Positions 1-8,259 of a stretch of 64,000 nt of DNA are shown here, piece after piece; within the stretch, counting starts at the first letter, position 1, and every line of letters starts with the position of its first letter. The stretch is from assembly GCA_965601925.1 (NCBI GenBank), contig OZ271854.1, forward strand, positions 4,224,001 through 4,288,000, in the 5' to 3' direction. The position numbers and the translations under genes are program-made. The DNA comes from Alkalispirochaeta sp. (GTDB lineage Bacteria; Spirochaetota; Spirochaetia; DSM-27196; Alkalispirochaetaceae). The notes under the pieces were generated by a model. That model did not search any database. It saw only the letters and a list, made by a program, of their open reading frames with translations, and was not told where the DNA came from.

Positions 1-248
1 AAATTATGCACTACCAACGGCCTTCGGACCTACGCACTCTCCAGATCGCCTCGTTCTCCCGGAGATCAAACGCCGCGGCTCTCGCCGATCGGCTGAGCGC
101 GTCGGGTTTTGAGCCGGCGATCGAGACCGTTGCCGACGCCGGGGTCCACCGAGTGATCATCCAAGGAGTCCGGGAGAGCGACATACCGGCGTATCGCGAG
201 CAGCTGGCCGCGGTCGGCCACTCCCAGATTCTCGTGCGGGAGAAGTGA
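1..248 (+). CDS. SPOR-domain protein, C-terminal part (possibly RlpA-like); probably truncated by the window edge
   Basis: LQIASFSRRSNAAALADRLSASGF...HRVII pattern typical of SPOR domains; frame is open to the left edge. Confidence 0.6.
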   Translation, partial: IMHYQRPSDLRTLQIASFSRRSNAAALADRLSASGFEPAIETVADAGVHRVIIQGVRESDIPAYREQLAAVGHSQILVREK

Positions 249-323
249 GACGCGGCGATGGGACCGGTGGATCGACACGATGTGGAGCGCCGACCGGACA
301 CCTATACGACGCGGCGTGTCGTC

Positions 324-1544
324 TTATCGCACGGATACCTCCTCTTTTTGCCGTGCCGGGGCGAGAAACACGAACGCAACCGCGATACCGACGGCCGAGA
401 GAATCAACGTCGGTAGAAAGGCCATACGATACGATCCGAAGGCCGTCCGCACACGTCCTGAGACGACGGTCCCGAGGATCGCGCCGACACCGTAGGCCGT
501 GTACATGATGCCGTAATTGAGCGTGTAGTATTTAGAGCCGAAGAAGGCGCTGGTCGCCGCGGGCGCGATCGCCAGCCACCCACCGAGGAGCAGCCAAAAC
601 ATTGCAAAGGCCAGAAGAAAGAGCGGCACGTTTCCAACGGGGACGAGAAGCATCACAAACGATGCCGCTGCGATAAGTACAAAAGCGCCGATGACCGTCG
701 GTCGCGCCCCCGCCCGGTCGATAAGTGCCCCGAAAAGGGGACGACCGATCCCGTTGAAGACCGCCATCCCGGACACCACGAGCGCCGCGGCCGGGGATGA
801 CACACCGGCTATCTCTTGGGCGGCGGGGCTCGTAATACCGATGACCATCAACCCGGTAAGCGTACCGATCGCAAACAGTATCCACAGCGTATAGAAGCGT
901 TGCGTCCTGACCATAGCGGCGGGGTTCAACGCTACCTCGTCGACCCTCGACCACTCCGCGTCGGCCGCAACGTCGGTAGGCTCGTCCGGATAACGGAGGG
1001 CAAATGAGAATGTGCCGACGATCGCGGCGAAGACGACTCCCATAACCCGGAAGGCGTGGAGCACTCCGAGGTCGGTTATGAGTCGCTCCGCGAGAGGGGC
1101 GGTCACAAAGGGAGAGAGCCCGAATCCCACTAAGACGATTCCCATAGCGAGTCCCTTTTTTTCGCGAAACCACTTACTCGCTACCGCCAGCGGCACGCCG
1201 TACGCGATACCAACGCCGAGACCACCCATGACTCCGTAGGCGAGCGTAATCTGCCATATCCGCCCGGCGTAACTCGATGCGATCCACCCCACGGAGAGGA
1301 GCGCCCCACCGAGGCGTATCGCCGTCTTCGGCCCCAACTTCTCGATGAGCATCCCGCCCAACGGCATAGAAAAGGCAAATACCGCGAGAAAGACCATATA
1401 CGGGAAACCGCTCTCCGTCGGAGCGAGAGAAAAGAGATCTTCGATAGGATTGCGAAACACACTCCACGAGTAGATCGTTCCGAGGAAGATATTCACGCAT
1501 AACCCGGCGCCTACTCTGAGCCATCCAGATGTCCGTTGATTCAT
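324..1544 (-). CDS. MFS transporter, OFA (oxalate:formate antiporter) family
   Basis: About 12 hydrophobic segments; LGTIYSWSVF, GGLGVGIAY, KWFREKKGLAMG, FNGIGRPLFG and NYGIMYTAYG motifs. Start is ATG 1544 or TTG 1556. Confidence 0.85.
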   Translation of the reverse strand: MNQRTSGWLRVGAGLCVNIFLGTIYSWSVFRNPIEDLFSLAPTESGFPYMVFLAVFAFSMPLGGMLIEKLGPKTAIRLGGALLSVGWIASSYAGRIWQITLAYGVMGGLGVGIAYGVPLAVASKWFREKKGLAMGIVLVGFGLSPFVTAPLAERLITDLGVLHAFRVMGVVFAAIVGTFSFALRYPDEPTDVAADAEWSRVDEVALNPAAMVRTQRFYTLWILFAIGTLTGLMVIGITSPAAQEIAGVSSPAAALVVSGMAVFNGIGRPLFGALIDRAGARPTVIGAFVLIAAASFVMLLVPVGNVPLFLLAFAMFWLLLGGWLAIAPAATSAFFGSKYYTLNYGIMYTAYGVGAILGTVVSGRVRTAFGSYRMAFLPTLILSAVGIAVAFVFLAPARQKEEVSVR

Positions 1545-1604
1545 ACGAGTACCCAAAGAATCTCACTCCTGGGCGTTTGTCAAGCCGTCTGCGGCGGGCG
1601 TCTC

Positions 1605-1633
1605 TTGACAATGCCGCCCAAGTCGGGCATTAT
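1605..1633 (+). promoter_or_regulatory. sigma70-type promoter for the tRNA
   Basis: TTGACA (1605-1610), 17-bp spacer, CATTAT (1628-1633), upstream of the tRNA. Confidence 0.65.
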
Positions 1634-1712
1634 CACGCTTCATTTGCAGGCTCAGGCGTAGCTCAGTTAGTCATTTATAGCTTTTCATCGTTGCGTCTGA
1701 GCCCTGCTTATC

Positions 1713-1786
<74 letters not shown>

Positions 1787-1866
1787 TCTCTAAATCATTA
1801 CGATGAAATGATTTAGGATAACCAAAAGCAAAAACAGACAGCCGTTTCACCTCAAATACTGAGGGG

Positions 1867-1886
1867 TGGCAGCAAAATGGCAGCAA
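1867..1886 (+). repeat. Tandem TGGCAGCAA repeat, putative integrase arm-type sites; a degenerate pair lies at 9558-9577
   Basis: GGGTGGCAGCAAAATGGCAGCAA near the left att versus GGGTGGCAGCAGAATAGCAACAG near the right att. Confidence 0.55.
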
Positions 1887-1911
1887 GTCAGTTTGCAAAG
1901 GACGCGGCAGC

Positions 1912-2077
1912 TTGAAAGGCGCGCGGACTCCCTATCCCGACCCTTTCCTCCGCTCCGATCGTGGTGATGTCTATTACTTTACATACGTAGATCCTCGTAC
2001 CGGTACTCGGAAAATGAAGTCTACCGGATGCTCTCGGAAGGCAGACGCCGCGAGAGAGATAAAGAAGTTCGTCGATG
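1912..2077 (+). pseudogene. 5' remnant of a probable tyrosine integrase, truncated by the IS
   Basis: Hand translation from TTG 1912: MKGARTPYPDPFLRSDRGDVYYFTYVDPRTGTRKMKSTGCSRKADAAREIKKFVD, an arm-binding-type YYF..D..G.R...STG....A pattern; it runs into the IS end at 2078. Confidence 0.6.
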
Positions 2078-2093
2078 TGACCTGCCCCTGAAA

Positions 2094-2939
2094 CTAGACC
2101 ACCGCTTGAGTGAGTCCGTCCTCAAACCTTCGCCAGATTTCTTCCGGCGTGTGATTGCCGAGCGAGCTGTGTGGCCGGTACCGATTGTACTCATCACGCC
2201 ACTCGGCCAGTTTTTCTTGCGCATCGGTCACGCCCAAGAACAGATTCTCATTGAGGAACTCGTCGCGTAGCTTTCCGTTGAAGCTCTCGACAAACGAGTT
2301 CTCGACCGGCTTGCCCGGCGTGATCAAACACTGCTGAATGCCGCGCTGGATCGTCCACGCGATCACAGCCCGGGATGTAAACTCCGGCCCGTTGTCGCTC
2401 TTCACGCATTTTGGCTCACCATGCATGATCATCGATTGCTCCAACGCTCGGATGACATCAACGCTGGTACATGTCCGAGCGATTCGTGCTGCGACCAGAT
2501 ACCATGTGTATTCATCCAGCACGACCAAACACTTCAACGACCGTCCGGATTCAGTCGTGTCGAAAACGAAATCCAATCCCCAGATCTGGTTCGGCCGGAT
2601 CGCGACACCAGCCCGATTGCGCTGCACGATGAGCTTCTTTCGGCGTCGTGAGCGGAGCATCAACCGCTCTTCGTAGTAGATCCGATACACCTGCTTGTGA
2701 TTCGCTTCACTATGGTCTCGCCGCAGTAACACGTGGATCCGCCGATACCCGAACCGCCTGTGCCTCTCTGCCAGCTCCTTGATGCGCGCCCGAATCCGAA
2801 GATCGTTCGGGTTCTTTGCCTCATACCGACAGGTCGATCGATGCAACGACGCCAGTTCGCACGCTCGTCGCTCACTGACCCCATGGTGTTTCAACGCCCC
2901 GACAGCCGATCGTCGCTGATGAGGCGTTATCAGTTTTTT
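2094..2939 (-). CDS. IS3-family transposase OrfB (DDE), probably reached by -1 frameshift
   Basis: WGLDF, SDNGPEF and VESFNGKLRDE motifs; slippery A-AAA-AAC at 2939-2933 just before the orfA stop, and the -1 frame continues KLITPHQRRSAVGALKHHGVSERRAC. Confidence 0.9.
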   Translation of the reverse strand, partial: KKLITPHQRRSAVGALKHHGVSERRACELASLHRSTCRYEAKNPNDLRIRARIKELAERHRRFGYRRIHVLLRRDHSEANHKQVYRIYYEERLMLRSRRRKKLIVQRNRAGVAIRPNQIWGLDFVFDTTESGRSLKCLVVLDEYTWYLVAARIARTCTSVDVIRALEQSMIMHGEPKCVKSDNGPEFTSRAVIAWTIQRGIQQCLITPGKPVENSFVESFNGKLRDEFLNENLFLGVTDAQEKLAEWRDEYNRYRPHSSLGNHTPEEIWRRFEDGLTQAVV

Positions 2940-3193
2940 GACAGCACCTCCTTCATCGCGTCAATCTCAAGCGCCTGGTTGGCGACCAACTTCTTTAGTC
3001 TGGTGTTCTCGTCTTCCAGTTCTTTCAGCCGTCGCGCCTCGCTGGTTGTCATTCCGCCATAGCGAGATTTCCATCGGTACAACGTATTTTCCGCAAACCC
3101 GTACTTCCGACAGATCTCCTTCACCGGAATACCGGATTCGACTTCCCCTAAGATCGCAATGATCTTCTCAACCGAATACTGACCCTTCTTCAT
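2930..3193 (-). CDS. IS3-family transposase OrfA (HTH)
   Basis: MKKGQYSVEKIIAIL...EICRKYG..ENTLYRWKSRYGGM...RLKELEDENTRLKKLVA. Confidence 0.92.
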   Translation of the reverse strand: MKKGQYSVEKIIAILGEVESGIPVKEICRKYGFAENTLYRWKSRYGGMTTSEARRLKELEDENTRLKKLVANQALEIDAMKEVLSKN

Positions 3194-3449
3194 GTTGTCT
3201 CTCCCTCCTATTATACCGGGAAAAACTCACCTTCTTGCTGGACCAGTTTTGTGGGAGCAGGTCAAGACAACGATGATTTTACGTTGTTGAGAACTGGATC
3301 AGTGACCTTCATACCGGATCCTGGCGTGCTCGGATTTGCTTGCCGGAACTTGCAAATCTGATTGAAGGAGTTATGCAATGTCACTCTCCTAATGAGACAT
3401 CGTATAGTAGGATGACGTCATCATCGGGATTTAGTGAAGTCTACCGCTG

Positions 3450-4652
3450 CTACTCTCGAAGAAGCGCAGCACGTTCTTCTTCAGGGCTCTTCCCCTGGTG
3501 TTTACTCTGCCACTCGTCGTCACCTATGAGCCTGCCGGAGAGCCTATACTCGTGGAAAAGTCTCTCCAGAACTCCGTCTCGACCTTTTATAGCGTATGGT
3601 TCAACAGCAGCCTGAGTTAGGTTTACTCGAAACTCAACGAGCAATGAATACTCTACATCCCACTGCTCCCTGACATCTCCCCGGCTATTCTGCCATTTGA
3701 TACATAGATCGATTTCTTTGAGCATAGATGCGAACTTTGCGTATTCAGTCTCGTCGATTCTTCGAAAAAAGAAACAGAAAAAACTCACGGCAGTGGCACG
3801 ATTTCCTATGCGGAGCCCTTTTTCTCGTGAGGCTATTGCTAACTCTTTTAAAAGTTTTTCTGCTTCACTGACATGGCTTGAGAGCTCTTTATCCTCTTTC
3901 TGATACGCAAGAATGAAACCCTGCAAATCCTGGAAACGTGCACGACTGAAGTCCTTTTTCTTTCGAAGACTGATCGCTTGTAGCAGGATCTGCGCCGCGA
4001 CTTGTTCTTTGGCGTATCTTCGATACGGAACACCCAATTGTGAGAAATACGTCATGGGTGATATGCGATTGAATACCTGTTCTTTCATCCATCCGACCAT
4101 AGCATGAAGCTTCTCGCCAGCATTAAGAGGCTGCGCTAACTGCAGCCGAGCGAACATGAGATTCAACTCTTGCTTGTGATCAACAGAATCCACTATGACG
4201 ATACTGACAGACACATCCTTTATTTTGTCTCGATACTGCTCCAAACAAGTCGAAGGGCCTTCATCAAGCAGCAACTGGGACTGTTGCATATCTTGGGGAT
4301 CTACTAAAAACTCTTTGCAGCCGTTTGGTAGCGACTCATTGTATACTTCATTTTGCCGTTCATATTTGAACTTCAAATCTTTTTGGAGACCTTCCGTCGA
4401 TGAGTGCACTATGCCAAAGAATGTGAAAATAGTTGTCAGTCTTTGGCGACCATCTATGCAATCATAGCGGCCGTCCTCTCGTTCAAAAAAAATGATAGAA
4501 GAAATATCGAGGCCACGATAAAGAGAGTCTATTAAAAGGGATCGTTTCAGTGGCTGCCAAACATTTGGCTCCCTCTGGTACTCAGGAAACTCAATAAGAG
4601 GTGCCTGATGAAGCAATTCTTGGATAGTCCATGATTTGTTCACTCTCTTCAT
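3450..4652 (-). CDS. DUF262 (ParB/Srx-like, GmrS-type) domain protein with no recognisable HNH/DUF1524 C-terminus
   Basis: PEYQREPNVW, LIDSLYRGLDI, CIDGRQRLTTI and MFARLQLAQPLNAGE match DUF262 motifs; AGGGGA SD upstream. Confidence 0.8.
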   Translation of the reverse strand: MKRVNKSWTIQELLHQAPLIEFPEYQREPNVWQPLKRSLLIDSLYRGLDISSIIFFEREDGRYDCIDGRQRLTTIFTFFGIVHSSTEGLQKDLKFKYERQNEVYNESLPNGCKEFLVDPQDMQQSQLLLDEGPSTCLEQYRDKIKDVSVSIVIVDSVDHKQELNLMFARLQLAQPLNAGEKLHAMVGWMKEQVFNRISPMTYFSQLGVPYRRYAKEQVAAQILLQAISLRKKKDFSRARFQDLQGFILAYQKEDKELSSHVSEAEKLLKELAIASREKGLRIGNRATAVSFFCFFFRRIDETEYAKFASMLKEIDLCIKWQNSRGDVREQWDVEYSLLVEFRVNLTQAAVEPYAIKGRDGVLERLFHEYRLSGRLIGDDEWQSKHQGKSPEEERAALLRE

Positions 4653-4664
4653 ATGTTCCCCTGA

Positions 4665-5726
4665 CTAATCGGAAGTATACGCATACAGTTTTTCCATGAC
4701 TTGCTCTATGTGATGTTGCTCCGGTGAGCTCTTGCGCAAACTCCAATATCTGTACGAAAGCCATCCCTTGGCATGAAACGCTTTCGTATTGTCGAGACCA
4801 CAATACTCCATACAGAAATCAGTGAAGTCATCATTTTGATCGAGTGTTCTAGCATCGAAATAGGGATAGTCTTTTTTTATTTCTTCTGATCTTTCTTTTC
4901 CAGAAATAACTTCAACGATAGGCTTCCTTCCGTTTTCAAAAGCCACAGCGTCGAAAAGTAATGCAGATAGATGTCGGTCTGCCGGGTTGAGACCACAACC
5001 GACAACACGGATAACATCCGCGGATAGTAACTCTCGAGATCGTCCCATCAACAGGTTGAAGGGATAACGATCGAAAGCCTTGGACGCTCCCGGTGCGATC
5101 CATGTGGTTAACGGATCTTCAACCACGCCGTCCTGCCAAGTGGGAGGCGTGCCTGCCTTCCAGTTATACGATCCGTGCAATTTGATTATTGCCCAACTAG
5201 TAACATCATCTTTGCTTAGAGCATCGTACACTTCTCCGTATGCGCGCTCTGCGAGAGTGTCATAATTAAGCGAAATCGCACCAGCAAACTCCTCGTCATG
5301 AAATCGTTCGCCATTCTTGTGCCAATCAAACAACGCGGTGTAAAAATCTACAGGACGAGGATCTGTGTCATCTTCGTAATACCCCGTCGCAGATTCAATC
5401 CTCTTTGAAAGAACCTCTAAGAAGCACTTACGTAGCGATTGCGACTCCTCGATCGAGTAACGGTTACCTGATTGCTCAAGCAAATAAATAAGTTCTTCTA
5501 AAGGTTTGTAGGGCTGTTCTCCGTCATCGTTCGCGTTGCTTTCAGCTGTGCCCCAAGTTGTAATCGCAATCGGACACTTCTCCCTGAGTTCGTCATCGTC
5601 ACCAATCTGCAGGTGTATAGCTTCGGCGATATCCTTCGTTAATACTTTCGTCGAGCCGGCGCCCAAGTCATATACCGCTTGCTGTGAGGCTCCGGCGCCG
5701 AAAATGTAAACAACTTTGGTTCCCAT
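4665..5726 (-). CDS. SIR2-like (SIR2_2) domain protein, putative NADase effector
   Basis: VYIFGAGAS, ISLNYDTLAE, IKLHGSYNW and VVGCGLNPAD motifs; ATG 5726 overlaps the upstream stop (TAATG), so the start is placed there rather than at 5831. Confidence 0.75.
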   Translation of the reverse strand: MGTKVVYIFGAGASQQAVYDLGAGSTKVLTKDIAEAIHLQIGDDDELREKCPIAITTWGTAESNANDDGEQPYKPLEELIYLLEQSGNRYSIEESQSLRKCFLEVLSKRIESATGYYEDDTDPRPVDFYTALFDWHKNGERFHDEEFAGAISLNYDTLAERAYGEVYDALSKDDVTSWAIIKLHGSYNWKAGTPPTWQDGVVEDPLTTWIAPGASKAFDRYPFNLLMGRSRELLSADVIRVVGCGLNPADRHLSALLFDAVAFENGRKPIVEVISGKERSEEIKKDYPYFDARTLDQNDDFTDFCMEYCGLDNTKAFHAKGWLSYRYWSLRKSSPEQHHIEQVMEKLYAYTSD

Positions 5727-6964
5727 TACTTGCTGAACTCCAAAACGAGCTCCGTCTCTGACCGAGAAGTCGCCTGTTTCCAACTGGACTTGTTTAGCAT
5801 AATCATAGAATGCTTTTTCGGAAACTTCCATATTTTTATTGGCCGCAACCCTGAAGCTTCGATCATCTCTGAGATGATTAAATCTAATTTGATTTCATGT
5901 TGTTTATAGTGGGAACGCTCGAGCACCATGTACCCGTGCCCCCCGTCTCGGAGCACCCTTGATATCTCACGAACTGATTTTTGAATCTCGACGAAGTAGT
6001 TTCCGAAAAACTTTGCGTAATACGTGCCAGAAGCCTTAGATTGATGACCGCAAATAGTAGCCATCGTGGCACGAGCGGTTTCGGACTGAATTGTTGTCCA
6101 ATCGGCTTTAGGTCGGCCGCTGATCAACACAGAGCCAAGCATTTTCCGTCGAAGCTCTCGCTCTTCATCAATCAGTAATGGGTAAAAAATCGCGATCTCG
6201 GGTGATGTCATCCTGACGTAATCGATCCTGGTGCAATAGGGAGGTGAAGTGATAACAAGGTCTATTGAGAAATCATCCAGGGGGACGTTGTTCGAGTTTG
6301 CCGTCAGTATGACCGGTTCGACAAAGCGTTCACTTCTTCGAGAGTCATCGAGAATGATGTCCATGAATGGCATCTCAGTAAGTCCAGTGAAAAAAGTGTC
6401 ACTGCTAAGCTGCATCCGAGGAGATATCTCTTTTAGTGGTATCCATGTGGGATTCTTAGATACTTTACGTCTCAAAGAGGCTCTAATGAACTGTGCCACT
6501 AAGAGACCGATTGCTAAAGCGTACTCCGTCAACCTTGATTCAGCGAGGCCTAAAAAGATCCTTATTGCGGCAACTGACTCTGGTTCAAACCAGAAAAGAA
6601 GGGGATCTCCCTCTTTGATATCCGACTTAAAAAAGTCTACTTCATCGATCAACTTCTTTAGATGCTTTTCAGTGATACCCGAGCACGTCTCCGCCTGTAA
6701 TCGCGCTTGAGCGACTACACACATAACTGGGTTTAGGTCAATTCCTATAGACTTTATGCCTCTTCGCGCTGATATCAGCGTGGTGGTACCACTTCCGTTC
6801 CATGGGTCCAAGACCGTTCGAGCTTCATCACAATGAGATTCTAAGACTGACTCTACGAACTCCTCGGAGAAACCCGCGTAGTATCGATAGCTCTGTCCCT
6901 TGTTACTGACCAGGATGATGGGTGATGCCGGTTCTCGATTAAATCCGCGGACGATATCAAACAC
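5726..6964 (-). CDS. Amino (probably N4-cytosine) DNA methyltransferase, alpha-type motif order
   Basis: YRYYAGFS, motif I VLDPWNGSGTT, then motif IV VITSPPY; start uncertain (GTG 6964 or TTG 7048). Confidence 0.85.
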   Translation of the reverse strand: MFDIVRGFNREPASPIILVSNKGQSYRYYAGFSEEFVESVLESHCDEARTVLDPWNGSGTTTLISARRGIKSIGIDLNPVMCVVAQARLQAETCSGITEKHLKKLIDEVDFFKSDIKEGDPLLFWFEPESVAAIRIFLGLAESRLTEYALAIGLLVAQFIRASLRRKVSKNPTWIPLKEISPRMQLSSDTFFTGLTEMPFMDIILDDSRRSERFVEPVILTANSNNVPLDDFSIDLVITSPPYCTRIDYVRMTSPEIAIFYPLLIDEERELRRKMLGSVLISGRPKADWTTIQSETARATMATICGHQSKASGTYYAKFFGNYFVEIQKSVREISRVLRDGGHGYMVLERSHYKQHEIKLDLIISEMIEASGLRPIKIWKFPKKHSMIMLNKSSWKQATSRSETELVLEFSK

Positions 6965-7271
6965 TATGAGACGATACTCGACGAGTACACTTTTGTCATG
7001 TCTCCGGTTTAGCAGAAGCGGTTTGGAGTAATCATGATCCTGCCGCAAAAACAGCCGGCGTCATCGGCCTGAACATACTCGCTATTCGAAATCCCGACGA
7101 CATGATTCATAGGCCGCAACCTTGGCCGGGCATATCTGGTTAGGCCGGTGGAAGAGTGAGGGGCCCCCTTTTGCCTGACCACCGCGTCGTGTACCTACTG
7201 GGCGCCGGCGCGAGGCCGTGGTGTCGTCTGCGTGGTTTGCGGGCGAAAAACCCGTAGTGTGGTGTCAAACG

Positions 7272-7478
7272 CTATTGACGCTCGTTATCAACGGAAAACG
7301 GATCCTCAACCTTTTGCAGCTCATCGAGATGGAAGAGTTCGTCTTTGACTTCGTTATCTACGAACCAGTGACATTCCGCACCAGGATCGAATTTCATATA
7401 TTTCCCTATGCCCATTATGGTCATCTTCGGACCGCCGCTCTTGAGAACGACAACATCGCCTACTTTTAGATCTGCCAT
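7272..7478 (-). CDS. YodC / DUF2158-family small protein
   Basis: MADLKVGDVVVLKSGGPKMTI...ECHWF...ELFHLDEL signature. Confidence 0.8.
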   Translation of the reverse strand: MADLKVGDVVVLKSGGPKMTIMGIGKYMKFDPGAECHWFVDNEVKDELFHLDELQKVEDPFSVDNERQ

Positions 7479-7480
7479 AG

Positions 7481-8104
7481 TCAAAACTCCTTAAAAAAAC
7501 CTTTTACTTCGCGATTCATGACGAGGCCGGCAACGACAAGGGCGGATACAAGCGACCGATATCGCACAGAGTAAAACGAGAACACTCGTGACTGTGGATC
7601 AATACCATACAGCTCCAACTGAAACTTACTCATCTGTTTGATCAGAGATACTACCTCAACGAATCCAGGGTACGCCTCTATTGCTGCGCTCGACACGCTC
7701 TTGATATGCCGGTCAATGTACTCGCGTTTGGACTCTACTTGGTGTCCTAACGCTTCCAGTACGTACACAAGGTCTCTAATGCGTTCCGCTCGCTGTGTTT
7801 CTTGTTTTCTGACCTGTTCCGTTTTTTGGTAGTGCCGTATCTCTTGTCTCTGTAACCACAACGCGGCTATGAGCGCCACAAGTGTAAGAAAGGCAAACAG
7901 AGTCCCAACGGTGCCGCCGACGTAGGCCCCGAAGTTCCCCCAATCATTCTGATCTACAGAAAGACCGCTGCGGAAAATCGAAAAATAGATCCATAACGGC
8001 ATCAATATGATGCCGAGAATACCAACGGCAATGAGAGGAACGACAATGGTTTTGCGTATCGTCGTCTTTGCATTGACATTAGACTCGATCAGATGTCCTT
8101 TCAC
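7481..8104 (-). CDS. Two-TM membrane protein with a WGxFGxYxGG motif, of the kind found among phage/island accessory (Abi-like) proteins
   Basis: TM1, LSVDQNDWGNFGAYVGGTVGTLFAFLTLVAL, TM2, then a charged helical tail. Confidence 0.6.
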   Translation of the reverse strand: MKGHLIESNVNAKTTIRKTIVVPLIAVGILGIILMPLWIYFSIFRSGLSVDQNDWGNFGAYVGGTVGTLFAFLTLVALIAALWLQRQEIRHYQKTEQVRKQETQRAERIRDLVYVLEALGHQVESKREYIDRHIKSVSSAAIEAYPGFVEVVSLIKQMSKFQLELYGIDPQSRVFSFYSVRYRSLVSALVVAGLVMNREVKGFFKEF

Positions 8105-8259
8105 TTCGATGCCTCACAGAGATTATCCACACGCGGCAACTGTTGAATCAACCACCTTCACGCCAACACGCTCCTCATCCCGCCGGAGATGTACGGGCGG
8201 GGTGAGGAAGCGCGGGTTATCCACGATCTGAATCGACGCGATTTGAGATTCTGAGACTG

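Larger units (their letters stand above)
2078..3264 (-). mobile_element. IS3-family insertion sequence (IS407-like), 1187 bp
   Basis: TG...CA ends; imperfect terminal IRs TGACCTGCCCCTGAAACTAGACCA and (reverse complement) TGACCTGCTCCCACAAAACTGGTCCA; orfA/orfB layout; no target-site duplication (GATG vs AGAC). Confidence 0.92.

Noticed and set aside
5727..5831. N-terminal extension of the SIR2-like ORF (388-aa version)
   Set aside because: It overlaps the MTase 3' end; the TAATG coupling and the position of the GAGAS motif favour ATG 5726
7050..7270. GC-rich spacer with GGGGGCCCCC and repeated GTGGTGTC
   Set aside because: Too short and unspecific to assign as oriT, cos or ncRNA
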